From the NCBI GenBank assembly GCA_041661005.1, contig JBAZVG010000001.1:196917-260916 (forward strand): DNA of 64,000 bases, read 5' to 3'. The translations under genes and the position numbers were made by a program. Of this stretch, positions 1 through 8,732 are shown in pieces. The notes under the pieces were generated by a model. That model searched no databases, had not been told where the DNA came from, and was given only the letters and a program-made list of their open reading frames with translations. Source of the DNA: Minisyncoccota bacterium. Lineage in GTDB: Bacteria > Patescibacteriota > Minisyncoccia > Phycocordibacterales > UBA9973. How positions within the stretch are numbered: the stretch's first letter is position 1; each line of letters begins with the position of its first letter.

Positions 1-1006
<1,006 letters not shown>

Positions 1007-1105
1007 TTTTGAAAATAAAATAGTTCTTGAGAAAAGCCTTGCGCAGGAGCTTAGAAAATAAAAATGGTATTCCATTTATTATTTTCTTGAGCGACGAGCA
1101 GTTCG

Positions 1106-1123
1106 CTGGCGAAGCTTCGCCAG
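1106..1123. repeat. Perfect 18-bp palindrome CTGGCGAAGCTTCGCCAG in the 170-nt atpD-atpC spacer
   Basis: Read directly from the sequence. Centred on AAGCTT, as is the stem of the 72-bp intergenic repeat family. Confidence 0.5.
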
Positions 1124-1179
1124 ATAGATTGCTTTTCGAGAGAAGTTATTTTATTTTTAAAAATTAAAAGATTAAATAT

Positions 1180-1626
1180 ATGTCAAAACAATTAAAACTT
1201 AAAATAATTACCCCGGAACGCCTCATTTTGGAAGAAATGGTGGATCAAGTCAGCCTACCGACCACAGAGGGCGAAATAACTATTTTGCCGGAGCATATTC
1301 CGCTTATTTCCGGGCTTTCTGCCGGAGATGTGATAGCTTTCACAAATGGCGAACATGTGCCGATGGCAGTTGTAGGCGGATTCGTGGAGGTAAAGAATGG
1401 TAAAGATGGAACAACAGAAGTTGCCGTACTCGCTGATTTTGCCGAAACTATTGCCGAATTGACCGATGAGAAAATAATTCAGGCGAAAGCTCGCGCAGAA
1501 GAATTAAAGAAGCTGATGGAAAACAAAGAACATGTTGATTTCGAGCATTTCGAAGCTGAACTCGAACGCTCGCTCACACGCGTCAAAATCGCTGACAAGT
1601 GGAGAACAAGGAAATATAGAAAATAG
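1180..1626 (+). CDS. atpC: ATP synthase F1 epsilon subunit
   Basis: 148 aa; N-terminal beta-sandwich plus C-terminal helical hairpin pattern; lies immediately after atpD. Confidence 0.85.
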   Translation: MSKQLKLKIITPERLILEEMVDQVSLPTTEGEITILPEHIPLISGLSAGDVIAFTNGEHVPMAVVGGFVEVKNGKDGTTEVAVLADFAETIAELTDEKIIQAKARAEELKKLMENKEHVDFEHFEAELERSLTRVKIADKWRTRKYRK

Positions 1627-1737
1627 AACCTATTTTTAAGCTTGATTTTTCTTTTTTTTTAACATAACATCACTTTAAATGTTGTTCAAGCCCTCTTCTG
1701 GGCTTTTTGTCATAAACCTCAATCAATACTCAAAACT

Positions 1738-2754
1738 ATGCAAGAACAAAATCAGGGGCTCGTGCAAGAGCTTCAGGACGTTCAGACGTTTATCATTGGA
1801 GACAGTAAAATCGCGCTCGAAATGCGTATTCTCGCCAAGAAGCTTGGAGAAACTGATCACAAGGTTCTCATCCAAGGAGAAACTGGAGTTGGGAAAGAAA
1901 ACGCTGCCAGAGAAATTCACAAGAACGGACGCCAAGATAAACCGTTCGTGCCAGTGAATTGCTCGGCACTGCCTGAGAACCTTATCGAAAGTGAATTGTT
2001 TGGTCACAAGAAGGGTTCATTCACGGGTGCTATCGAGGACAGGAAAGGTTACTTTGAAACAGTCGAGGATGGCACTCTCTTACTCGACGAGATAGGAACA
2101 TTACCTTTACCTTCGCAGGTGAAAATCTTGCGAGTTCTTCAAGATGGGGTATTTAGTCCAGTTGGCGATCGACGTCCAATTCAACTCAAGGCGAGGGTTA
2201 TTGCCGGGACAAACATCGACCTTGAAAATGCGATACATAAAGGAGAGTTTCGCTCGGATCTTTTCCATCGTCTGAATGTGATTCCATTTTTTGTTCCGCC
2301 TCTGCGAGAACGTTTGGAGGATGTGCCTCTACTCGTTGAGCACTTTCTCAATAAGGAACAAGGAGAGGACAAACTCAAAAGATTCACTGCGGAAGCAATG
2401 GTGATGATGCAGGGCTATCACTGGCCAGGCAACATTCGTGAACTTGAGAATGCAGTTGCGCGTGCAGTGTTTTTCTCTAACGGAGAGATGGACATTAAGG
2501 TTGGGCACCTTTGTCTTCATCCCAAACTCAGAAATATGGATGAATCCGATCCTGTTTCTGGTGATGAGTTTAGGAGAGAGGGGAGGTTCATAAATTTTTA
2601 TGAGCTTGAAGAGCTCTATCTCCGAAAGCTCTTGGTAGAAGCAAGAGGAAATGTTTATCGGAGTGCCATCATTTCAGGTTTGCATCGTAACACCATCATA
2701 AGGCAGGTTAGTGAGTTCAAACTTGAACATTTGACTAATAAGCATAAAAAATAG
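1738..2754 (+). CDS. Sigma-54-dependent transcriptional activator (AAA+ enhancer-binding protein domain plus C-terminal Fis-type HTH, no N-terminal sensor domain; PspF-like)
   Basis: Motifs GETGVGKE (Walker A), GSFTGA (GAFTGA-like sigma-54 contact), LLLDEIG (Walker B), RVIAGTN and FRSDLFHRLNV. C-terminal HTH reads RSAIISGLHRNTIIRQV. Confidence 0.8.
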   Translation: MQEQNQGLVQELQDVQTFIIGDSKIALEMRILAKKLGETDHKVLIQGETGVGKENAAREIHKNGRQDKPFVPVNCSALPENLIESELFGHKKGSFTGAIEDRKGYFETVEDGTLLLDEIGTLPLPSQVKILRVLQDGVFSPVGDRRPIQLKARVIAGTNIDLENAIHKGEFRSDLFHRLNVIPFFVPPLRERLEDVPLLVEHFLNKEQGEDKLKRFTAEAMVMMQGYHWPGNIRELENAVARAVFFSNGEMDIKVGHLCLHPKLRNMDESDPVSGDEFRREGRFINFYELEELYLRKLLVEARGNVYRSAIISGLHRNTIIRQVSEFKLEHLTNKHKK

Positions 2755-2785
2755 TTAGAGGGCTACTAATTTAACCCTCGAAAAG
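2751..2785 (+). repeat. Conserved stop-codon-overlapping stem-loop ATAGTTAGAGGGYTACTAATTNAAYCCTCRAAAA (copy 1 of 2)
   Basis: Near-identical sequence recurs at 28574-28608, again overlapping a stop codon. GAGGG/CCCTC form the stem. Confidence 0.5.
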
Positions 2786-2825
2786 GCCAGTGCAACACCG
2801 AAAGGAAAAAAGTGCTGGCTTTTTA
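2786..2825 (+). terminator. Candidate rho-independent terminator after the EBP gene
   Basis: GCCAGTGC ... GTGCTGGC stem (with G-U pairs) followed by TTTTT. Confidence 0.45.
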
Positions 2826-2867
2826 GTTTTTTGTAGTTCTCGCTTGATTATTTAATTATTTAGATAT

Positions 2868-2884
2868 ATACTATATAATAGTAT
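2868..2884. promoter_or_regulatory. 17-nt perfect palindrome ATACTATATAATAGTAT (includes a TATAAT) upstream of the TA operon; putative promoter/operator
   Basis: Read directly from the sequence, about 25 nt upstream of the RHH antitoxin start. Confidence 0.4.
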
Positions 2885-2908
2885 TATAAGTTAATATTAT
2901 ATTATCAT

Positions 2909-3130
2909 ATGTCTACAATATCTGTGCCATTAAATTCAAAATTAGAGCAGTCCCTAGATTATTTAGTGAAATCAGGTGTTGCTGACAACAGAGCCGCAGT
3001 GATGCGAAAAGCTTTGACTCGCTTAACTGAAGATGAGGCAGTTTCTGCTGTTTTGCGCGCGGAGCAGGAAGTTAAAGATGGGTTAATTTTAAGAGGTGAT
3101 CTGAGAAAATTGGCTAAAAAAATAAAATAA
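2909..3130 (+). CDS. Ribbon-helix-helix (CopG/ParD-like) antitoxin
   Basis: 73 aa with an N-terminal beta-strand then two helices, typical of RHH. Lies directly upstream of a RelE-like gene with a 5-nt gap. Confidence 0.55.
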   Translation: MSTISVPLNSKLEQSLDYLVKSGVADNRAAVMRKALTRLTEDEAVSAVLRAEQEVKDGLILRGDLRKLAKKIK

Positions 3131-3135
3131 ATTTT

Positions 3136-3393
3136 ATGAAAGTAGCCTATACGCCAGCTTTTATTAAGCAATTTAACACTCTTTCGAAAGAACTTCAGGA
3201 AGAAGTTTTGGCAAAAATAGAGCTTTTCAAAGATCGAAATAATCATAAGATGCTGAAAGTTCATAAATTACACGGTAAGCATTCCTCAAAATATAGTTTT
3301 TCCATTGATTATAAAAATAGAATTGTTTTTATGTATCTAACAAAACAAGAGATTATCTGTTTATTTATTGGTGATCATGATATTTATAAATAA
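3136..3393 (+). CDS. RelE/ParE-family toxin (mRNA interferase)
   Basis: 85 aa. C-terminal KLHGKHSSKYSFSIDYKNRIVFMY...IGDHDIYK matches the RelE/ParE pattern (G..LRvg.yRiiY ... ighR.d.Y). Confidence 0.6.
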   Translation: MKVAYTPAFIKQFNTLSKELQEEVLAKIELFKDRNNHKMLKVHKLHGKHSSKYSFSIDYKNRIVFMYLTKQEIICLFIGDHDIYK

Positions 3394-3401
3394 TTTTTTA
3401 C

Positions 3402-4142
3402 ATGTCTAAATTTTACATTGTGGCGACGCCGATCGGGAATATGGGGGACATCACGCTTAGAGCTATCGAGACGCTTAAAAGCGTTGATTTGATATTGTGT
3501 GAAGATACGCGCGAGACAAAAAAAATTTTAGATAAATATGGAATAAATAAACCGACGATGAGCTATCCATCCGACGATGTAGTCGGAAAAGATAATAGAC
3601 AAAGTAAACTCGCAAAGATTCTTACTTTATTAGAAGAGGGAAAAAACTTAGCTTTAGTGTCAGATGCCGGCACGCCAACTATCTCAGACCCGGGTGCTAT
3701 GCTTGTTTCTAAGATTAAAGAAAAATTTAACCTCACCCCTTCGCCCCTCTCCTTGACAAGGAGAGGGGTTGGGGGAGAGGTGAGTGTTCAGGTGATTCCA
3801 ATTCCGGGCCCCTCGGCTGTCATCACTGCGCTTTCTGCTTCAGGACTGCCAACGCATGAATTTACTTTTCTTGGTTTTTTACCGCACAAAAAAGGTAGAG
3901 AGACTTTATTTAAAGAAATCGCTAGCGCAGAACGCACGATGGTTTTTTATGAATCTCCGCATAGAATTTTAAAAACTTTAGAGTCATTAATAAAATTTTC
4001 TCCAGAGAAGAAAGTTTGCATCGCGAGGGAGCTCACAAAAATTTACGAAGAATTTAAAACTGGAAGTCCTACTGAAGTTTTAGAATACTTAAATAAAAAT
4101 CCGATGAAACAAAAAGGGGAGTTTACGGTGATTGTGTCTTAA
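3402..4142 (+). CDS. rsmI: 16S rRNA (cytidine1402-2'-O)-methyltransferase
   Basis: N-terminus LYIVATPIGNMGDITLRA...LILCEDTR and the IPGPSAV motif. Carries an in-frame ~57-nt palindromic insertion (see repeat 3731-3786). Confidence 0.9.
   Translation: MSKFYIVATPIGNMGDITLRAIETLKSVDLILCEDTRETKKILDKYGINKPTMSYPSDDVVGKDNRQSKLAKILTLLEEGKNLALVSDAGTPTISDPGAMLVSKIKEKFNLTPSPLSLTRRGVGGEVSVQVIPIPGPSAVITALSASGLPTHEFTFLGFLPHKKGRETLFKEIASAERTMVFYESPHRILKTLESLIKFSPEKKVCIARELTKIYEEFKTGSPTEVLEYLNKNPMKQKGEFTVIVS
3731..3786 (+). repeat. In-frame G/C-rich hairpin insertion inside rsmI (CCCCTCTCC-TTGACAAG-GAGAGGGG core)
   Basis: Perfect 9-bp stem with 8-nt loop. It encodes an extra ~19 aa (NLTPSPLSLTRRGVGGEVS) between the conserved SDPG and PIPGPSA motifs. 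Related sequence occurs in purD at 61045-61085. Confidence 0.6.
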
Positions 4143-4192
4143 AATGATCGAGGGACGCACGGATGGCTCCGGTGCGTCCCTCTGACGATGCT

Positions 4193-4420
4193 TCAAGCGT
4201 ATTTCTTCAATAATTCAGGACCGCCATAATCCCTTGACAGGACGGCCGCGATTTTTTCACGTGTCTTGTCATCTACAAGCTCGGTAGATGATGGAACCTC
4301 TCGAAACAGCCTCCCACCTTTTCCAAATCTTTGTTCAGCTTCACGCCGAGCTAAAATTTGGTTGAGATTACCCTCGAATTCGTTAGATCCAAAGGTATTA
4401 GTATATATGTAGTTTGGCAT
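4193..4420 (-). CDS. Hypothetical protein (75 aa)
   Basis: ORF only; no recognisable motif. Confidence 0.3.
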   Translation of the reverse strand: MPNYIYTNTFGSNEFEGNLNQILARREAEQRFGKGGRLFREVPSSTELVDDKTREKIAAVLSRDYGGPELLKKYA

Positions 4421-4454
4421 AGAACAATTTTCCTTTCTTGCCTAACAATATACT

Positions 4455-4802
4455 CTATTTCAATTTATGTTTCAAGCAAGTAATTATAGACCAATCGAAT
4501 TTTCCTTTCTCTGCCAGGTATTTCATTTTGTCTAACGCCCAAATAGAGTCGTCTAAAACCTCATTGCATGCTTGATATAATTTTTTTGCTTCACTGGCGA
4601 GCTTTCTATATTCATATCTACCTTTATAAAATCCTTTAGGCATTTTTTCCCAGCCGTTCATTTTGTAATAACAATTTACTATCTCATGCACCGGGTTGAC
4701 AGCTTGTTTATGTTTCTGCAAATTCGCCAAATATCCACTGAATGGATTTTTTAATTCATCTTCAGAGCCGTTTTTTTTATCATCTTTCTCCATGCTATCC
4801 AT
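4455..4802 (-). CDS. Hypothetical protein (115 aa)
   Basis: ORF only. Confidence 0.35.
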   Translation of the reverse strand: MDSMEKDDKKNGSEDELKNPFSGYLANLQKHKQAVNPVHEIVNCYYKMNGWEKMPKGFYKGRYEYRKLASEAKKLYQACNEVLDDSIWALDKMKYLAEKGKFDWSIITCLKHKLK

Positions 4803-4909
4803 CCTTTTATTTTAGCATAAATATGATACCCGGTAGTGAAACTTGGCAAAGTTTTTTAAACGTGCTTCGCGCATTGCCAAGTTCTACTACCGGGTGATAT
4901 ATTACCTAT

Positions 4910-5923
4910 ATGGGTATCTTCACAAAAAGGTTGGGCATAGATTTAGGGACGGCGAATACCCTAGTGTTTTTGCCTGGCAAGGGAATAATTTTAAACGAGC
5001 CTTCGGTGGTGGCTGTTTCTGAACAAGACAATAAAATTTTAGCCATTGGTTTTGAGGCTAAAGATATGATCGGCAAAACTCCAGAGTCTATCATTACTTA
5101 TTGTCCAATGAAAGACGGAGTGATTGCAGACTATCGTGTTACGGAGGCGATGCTTCGTTATTTCATAAACAAAGCGATGGGGCGGTTTAATTTTTTTAAA
5201 CCCGATGTGATGGTTTCAGTTCCGGCGGGCGTTACTTCCACAGAAAGACGAGCTGTCATAGAGGCTACCATACGCGCAGGCGCTAAAAATGCTTACGTAG
5301 TGAAGGAGCCCATCTTGGCGGCCATCGGCGCCGGAATTCCAATCTATGAATCGAAGGGTCATATGGTGGTGGACATCGGTGGAGGCACGACGGACGTGGC
5401 TGTTATCTCACTCGGAGGAATCGTGGCTTCTACATCAGTTAAATGCGCTGGAAATAAAATAGACCAAGCCATAGCTGATTACATAAAGAAAACTTTCAAT
5501 TTGGCGATAGGTGATAGAACAGCCGAAGAAGTTAAAATAAAAATAGGTGCCGCAGTAATGCTCGAAGAAGAATTGAGTGTAACGATAAAAGGGCGAGATT
5601 TTATCCAAGGTTTGCCTAGATCTGCTCGCGTCGGAACGAATGAAATAGTAAAAGCCATAGATGGAGAATTAAGGCAAATTATAAAAGCGATTAAAGCTGT
5701 TTTGCAAGAAACTCCGCCGGAACTTGCTTCGGACATTATAGATCAAGGTATCATTATGACTGGTGGTTCGTCTCAATTGCGAAATTTTACAGACTTGGTT
5801 TTTCGCAAGACAGGCGTCAAGGCGGCGCTCGCCGAAGATCCTCTTTTTTGCGTGGTGAAGGGCACAGGCATAGCGCTCGAGCATTTGGATGTATATAAAA
5901 AAACAGTTTTAAGTAAAAAGTGA
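4910..5923 (+). CDS. mreB: Rod shape-determining protein MreB (actin-like ATPase)
   Basis: GIDLGTANTLVF phosphate-1 motif, DIGGGTTD, and 337 aa length. Confidence 0.9.
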   Translation: MGIFTKRLGIDLGTANTLVFLPGKGIILNEPSVVAVSEQDNKILAIGFEAKDMIGKTPESIITYCPMKDGVIADYRVTEAMLRYFINKAMGRFNFFKPDVMVSVPAGVTSTERRAVIEATIRAGAKNAYVVKEPILAAIGAGIPIYESKGHMVVDIGGGTTDVAVISLGGIVASTSVKCAGNKIDQAIADYIKKTFNLAIGDRTAEEVKIKIGAAVMLEEELSVTIKGRDFIQGLPRSARVGTNEIVKAIDGELRQIIKAIKAVLQETPPELASDIIDQGIIMTGGSSQLRNFTDLVFRKTGVKAALAEDPLFCVVKGTGIALEHLDVYKKTVLSKK

Positions 5924-6058
5924 GTTCTTCAAAAACAAAATAGCTACTTTTAAAAACCCGCATAAAATTCTGCTGAATTTTTGCTAAGACTTCGGCCCGT
6001 CGGCCTCCGTACGATTTTTAAAAGCACTATTTTATTTTTGAAGAATTGTTTAAACTAT

Positions 6059-6817
6059 ATGAAAATAAAAGAACATTTAGATAAAAATAATTTACATCAT
6101 GCTTATCTAGTAGAGGGCATACGTGAAGAGATTGTGTCGGAGATTTTTAATTTTTTGAAGGATTTAAACATTAAGACTTCCGGCAATCCTGATTTTTGCC
6201 ATATAACAATTGATAATTTTAAAATTGACGAGGCATTTGATCTGCGCGCCATGTCTTCAAATAAAAGCTTTGCCCTTGGCCATAGCCCTACGGGCGAGCC
6301 AGGCGAGGCTTCCTTTAAGAAAGTTTTCCTTGTTTGTGTGAACAGCTTTTCTTTAGATGCGCAGAATGTTTTGCTCAAAATGTTTGAAGAACCGATAGAG
6401 AACACGCATTTTTTTCTAGTTGTGCCAGATGTAAATGTTCTTTTGAAAACATTAGTTTCTAGATTTTATTTAATAAAAAATGAAAATTTAAATAATGAAA
6501 CAGAAGAAGCAGAGAAATTTATAAATATGTCTTTACAAAAGAGAATAGATTTTATAAAAGAATTGTTGTTAGAACCGGAGGAGAAAGATGAAGACGGGAA
6601 TGAAATTGTTCTTTTGGATTCATCTCGCTCAAAAGCACTGAAATTCTTGAATGCTCTGGAATTAACTCTGCATAAAAACCTAGTGTCAAGGGCGGGCTTT
6701 GACACTAGGTTTTTTGAGCAAATTTTCAAAGTCCGTGAATTTCTCCGTATGCCAGGTTCTTCCGCTAAAACTCTAATGGAGTCCGTGGCGTTGTTGATAC
6801 CGGAAAAAATATCTTAA
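6059..6817 (+). CDS. holB: DNA polymerase III delta' subunit-like (HolB), degenerate AAA+ fold
   Basis: HAYLVEG..., DNFKIDEAFDLR, NSFSLDAQNVLLKMFEEP and T.FFLVV match the delta' pattern (HAYLF ... AANALLKTLEEPP). The ORF extends to 5981 with a non-ATG start; 6059 is the first ATG in a good position. Confidence 0.55.
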   Translation: MKIKEHLDKNNLHHAYLVEGIREEIVSEIFNFLKDLNIKTSGNPDFCHITIDNFKIDEAFDLRAMSSNKSFALGHSPTGEPGEASFKKVFLVCVNSFSLDAQNVLLKMFEEPIENTHFFLVVPDVNVLLKTLVSRFYLIKNENLNNETEEAEKFINMSLQKRIDFIKELLLEPEEKDEDGNEIVLLDSSRSKALKFLNALELTLHKNLVSRAGFDTRFFEQIFKVREFLRMPGSSAKTLMESVALLIPEKIS

Positions 6818-6856
6818 AGATGAAATACAAAGTACGGGGCAGGCTGTAAAAAAGAC

Positions 6857-8581
6857 ATGGACAATATTAGTAAAAATAGAATATGTCAAAATTGTCGAGG
6901 TGAATTTGTAATCGAATCGGAGGATTTTAATTTCTACGAAAAGATGAAAGTTCCTGCGCCGACTTTTTGTCCGGAGTGTCGACTCATCAGGAGGCTTGTG
7001 TTGAGAAATGAGCGTATTTTATACAAACGTGAGTGTAATTTATGTAAAAAAAATATTATTTCGATTTATCATCAATCTGTACCTTTTCCAGTGTATTGTC
7101 TTCAATGCTGGTACGGCGATGGCTGGGATCCAGTTTCTTTCGGGCGGGACTATGACTTCTCTAGGCCCTTTTTTGAACAATGGAAAGGATTTTCCGATTC
7201 TGCTCCACGACTTGCTTTATGGCACAGAAATGCGATCAATTCCGATTACTCGAGCTTTGTAGGAGAGTCGAAGAATGTTTATTTATCAGTCTCGGTAGTT
7301 CTTGGATCAGAAAATGTATTTTATTCAAAATTTGTGGATAAATCAACGGATATTGTTGATTGTTTGAATATTAAAGACGGACAAATTCTTTATGAAGACA
7401 TAGAGGGCGAAAAAAATTACAATTGCCAGCACCTTTTCTTATCAAAGAATTGTATTGATTCTTTTTTTCTCGTTGACTGCACAAATTGCAGTAATTGTTT
7501 ACTTTCCCATAATTTGCGTAATAAAGAATTTTACATTCGTAATGTGAAATATTCAAAAGAAGAATATTTTAAAGAATTGGAAAAAATTAATTTAAAAAGC
7601 AGAGCGTCAAGAAAAATTTCATTGGAAGAATTTGAAAAAATCAAAATAAAATCTATTTATCGTTTTGCCAATATTGTAAAATCTGTGAACTCAACAGGGA
7701 ATAATCTTTTAAATGTTAAAAATTGTAAAAATTGTTTCGAAGTTTATGATGCTGAAAATTTAAAATATTGTTATCGGGTATTGAGATCTTTTAAAGATTC
7801 CATGGATACGAGTTATGGGATGAAATCTGAATTAATTTATGAATATATAACTGGCGCTAATACTGATTATAATGTGAAATTTTCTTCCTCTGGAATAAAT
7901 TATGTGCAAAATGCCGAATATACTGATTGTTGCATTAATTGTAATAATATTTTTGGTTGCATTTCTCTGAAGAATAAAGAAAACGCGGTTTTTAATAAAA
8001 TTTACACTAAAGAAGAATTTTTTAAACTTCGTGAAAAAATTATTGACCACATGAATGAAATGCCCTATGTTGACCAAAAGGGAAGAGTTTATAAATATGG
8101 AGAATTTTTCCCAATAGAATTGTCTCCGTTTGCCTACAATGAAACTTTGGCGCAGGAGATAGCTCCGATTACAGAGAAGCAAGCAAGCGCAGAAGGTTAT
8201 CCATGGCGCAAGTCGGACCAAAAGAATTTCAAAATTACAATTCCTGCGGAAGATATTCCAGACAACATCAATGAAGTAAGTGACAAAATTTTGAATGAAG
8301 TTTTGGGTTGCGCGCATGAAGGGAAATGTGAACATCAGTGTAATGAAGCTTTTCGCATAACCAATTATGAATTAAATTTTTATAAAAAACACAGTATACC
8401 ATTGCCGATTCTTTGTCAGAATTGCCGTTATTATGAAAGATCGAAAGTTATGCCATCACTCAAATTGTGGCACAGAAAGTGTATGAAAAAAGGTTGCGAA
8501 AATGAATTTGAAACCTCATATGCTCCAAATCGGCCGGAGATTATTTATTGTGAGCGTTGTTATCAGCAAGAAGTTTATTAA
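6857..8581 (+). CDS. Large cysteine-rich protein of unknown function (574 aa), paralog of 55332-57041
   Basis: ~40 Cys. N- and C-terminal modules read CxxC ... FY.KM.VP.PT.CP.CR, with internal C.NC.NCF.C..L.NK repeats. Clearly alignable end-to-end with the second copy. Confidence 0.8.
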   Translation: MDNISKNRICQNCRGEFVIESEDFNFYEKMKVPAPTFCPECRLIRRLVLRNERILYKRECNLCKKNIISIYHQSVPFPVYCLQCWYGDGWDPVSFGRDYDFSRPFFEQWKGFSDSAPRLALWHRNAINSDYSSFVGESKNVYLSVSVVLGSENVFYSKFVDKSTDIVDCLNIKDGQILYEDIEGEKNYNCQHLFLSKNCIDSFFLVDCTNCSNCLLSHNLRNKEFYIRNVKYSKEEYFKELEKINLKSRASRKISLEEFEKIKIKSIYRFANIVKSVNSTGNNLLNVKNCKNCFEVYDAENLKYCYRVLRSFKDSMDTSYGMKSELIYEYITGANTDYNVKFSSSGINYVQNAEYTDCCINCNNIFGCISLKNKENAVFNKIYTKEEFFKLREKIIDHMNEMPYVDQKGRVYKYGEFFPIELSPFAYNETLAQEIAPITEKQASAEGYPWRKSDQKNFKITIPAEDIPDNINEVSDKILNEVLGCAHEGKCEHQCNEAFRITNYELNFYKKHSIPLPILCQNCRYYERSKVMPSLKLWHRKCMKKGCENEFETSYAPNRPEIIYCERCYQQEVY

Positions 8582-8615
8582 ATTTAAAATTTATGATACA
8601 ATAAAATCATGCAAT

Positions 8616-8732
8616 CCCGTTAGAAGCCGCGGTCGCAGTATTATATAAAAATTATGAAGTGGAAAAATATAGAAATTAATAGTTTAATCAAGCACAGTTA
8701 CGGTTTATTGACCGCGACCTGCTTCTAACGGG
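8616..8732. mobile_element. MITE-like element: 12-bp perfect terminal inverted repeats CCCGTTAGAAGC/GCTTCTAACGGG flanked by a 7-bp direct repeat ATGCAAT
   Basis: Read from the sequence. The right-hand copy of the direct repeat is the frr start codon (ATGCAAT at 8733-8739); the left-hand copy is at 8609-8615. Confidence 0.55.

Noticed and set aside
7832-8335. 167-aa minus-strand ORF
   Set aside because: It is antisense inside the Cys-rich gene, an AT-rich low-complexity translation that is typical of spurious ORFs.
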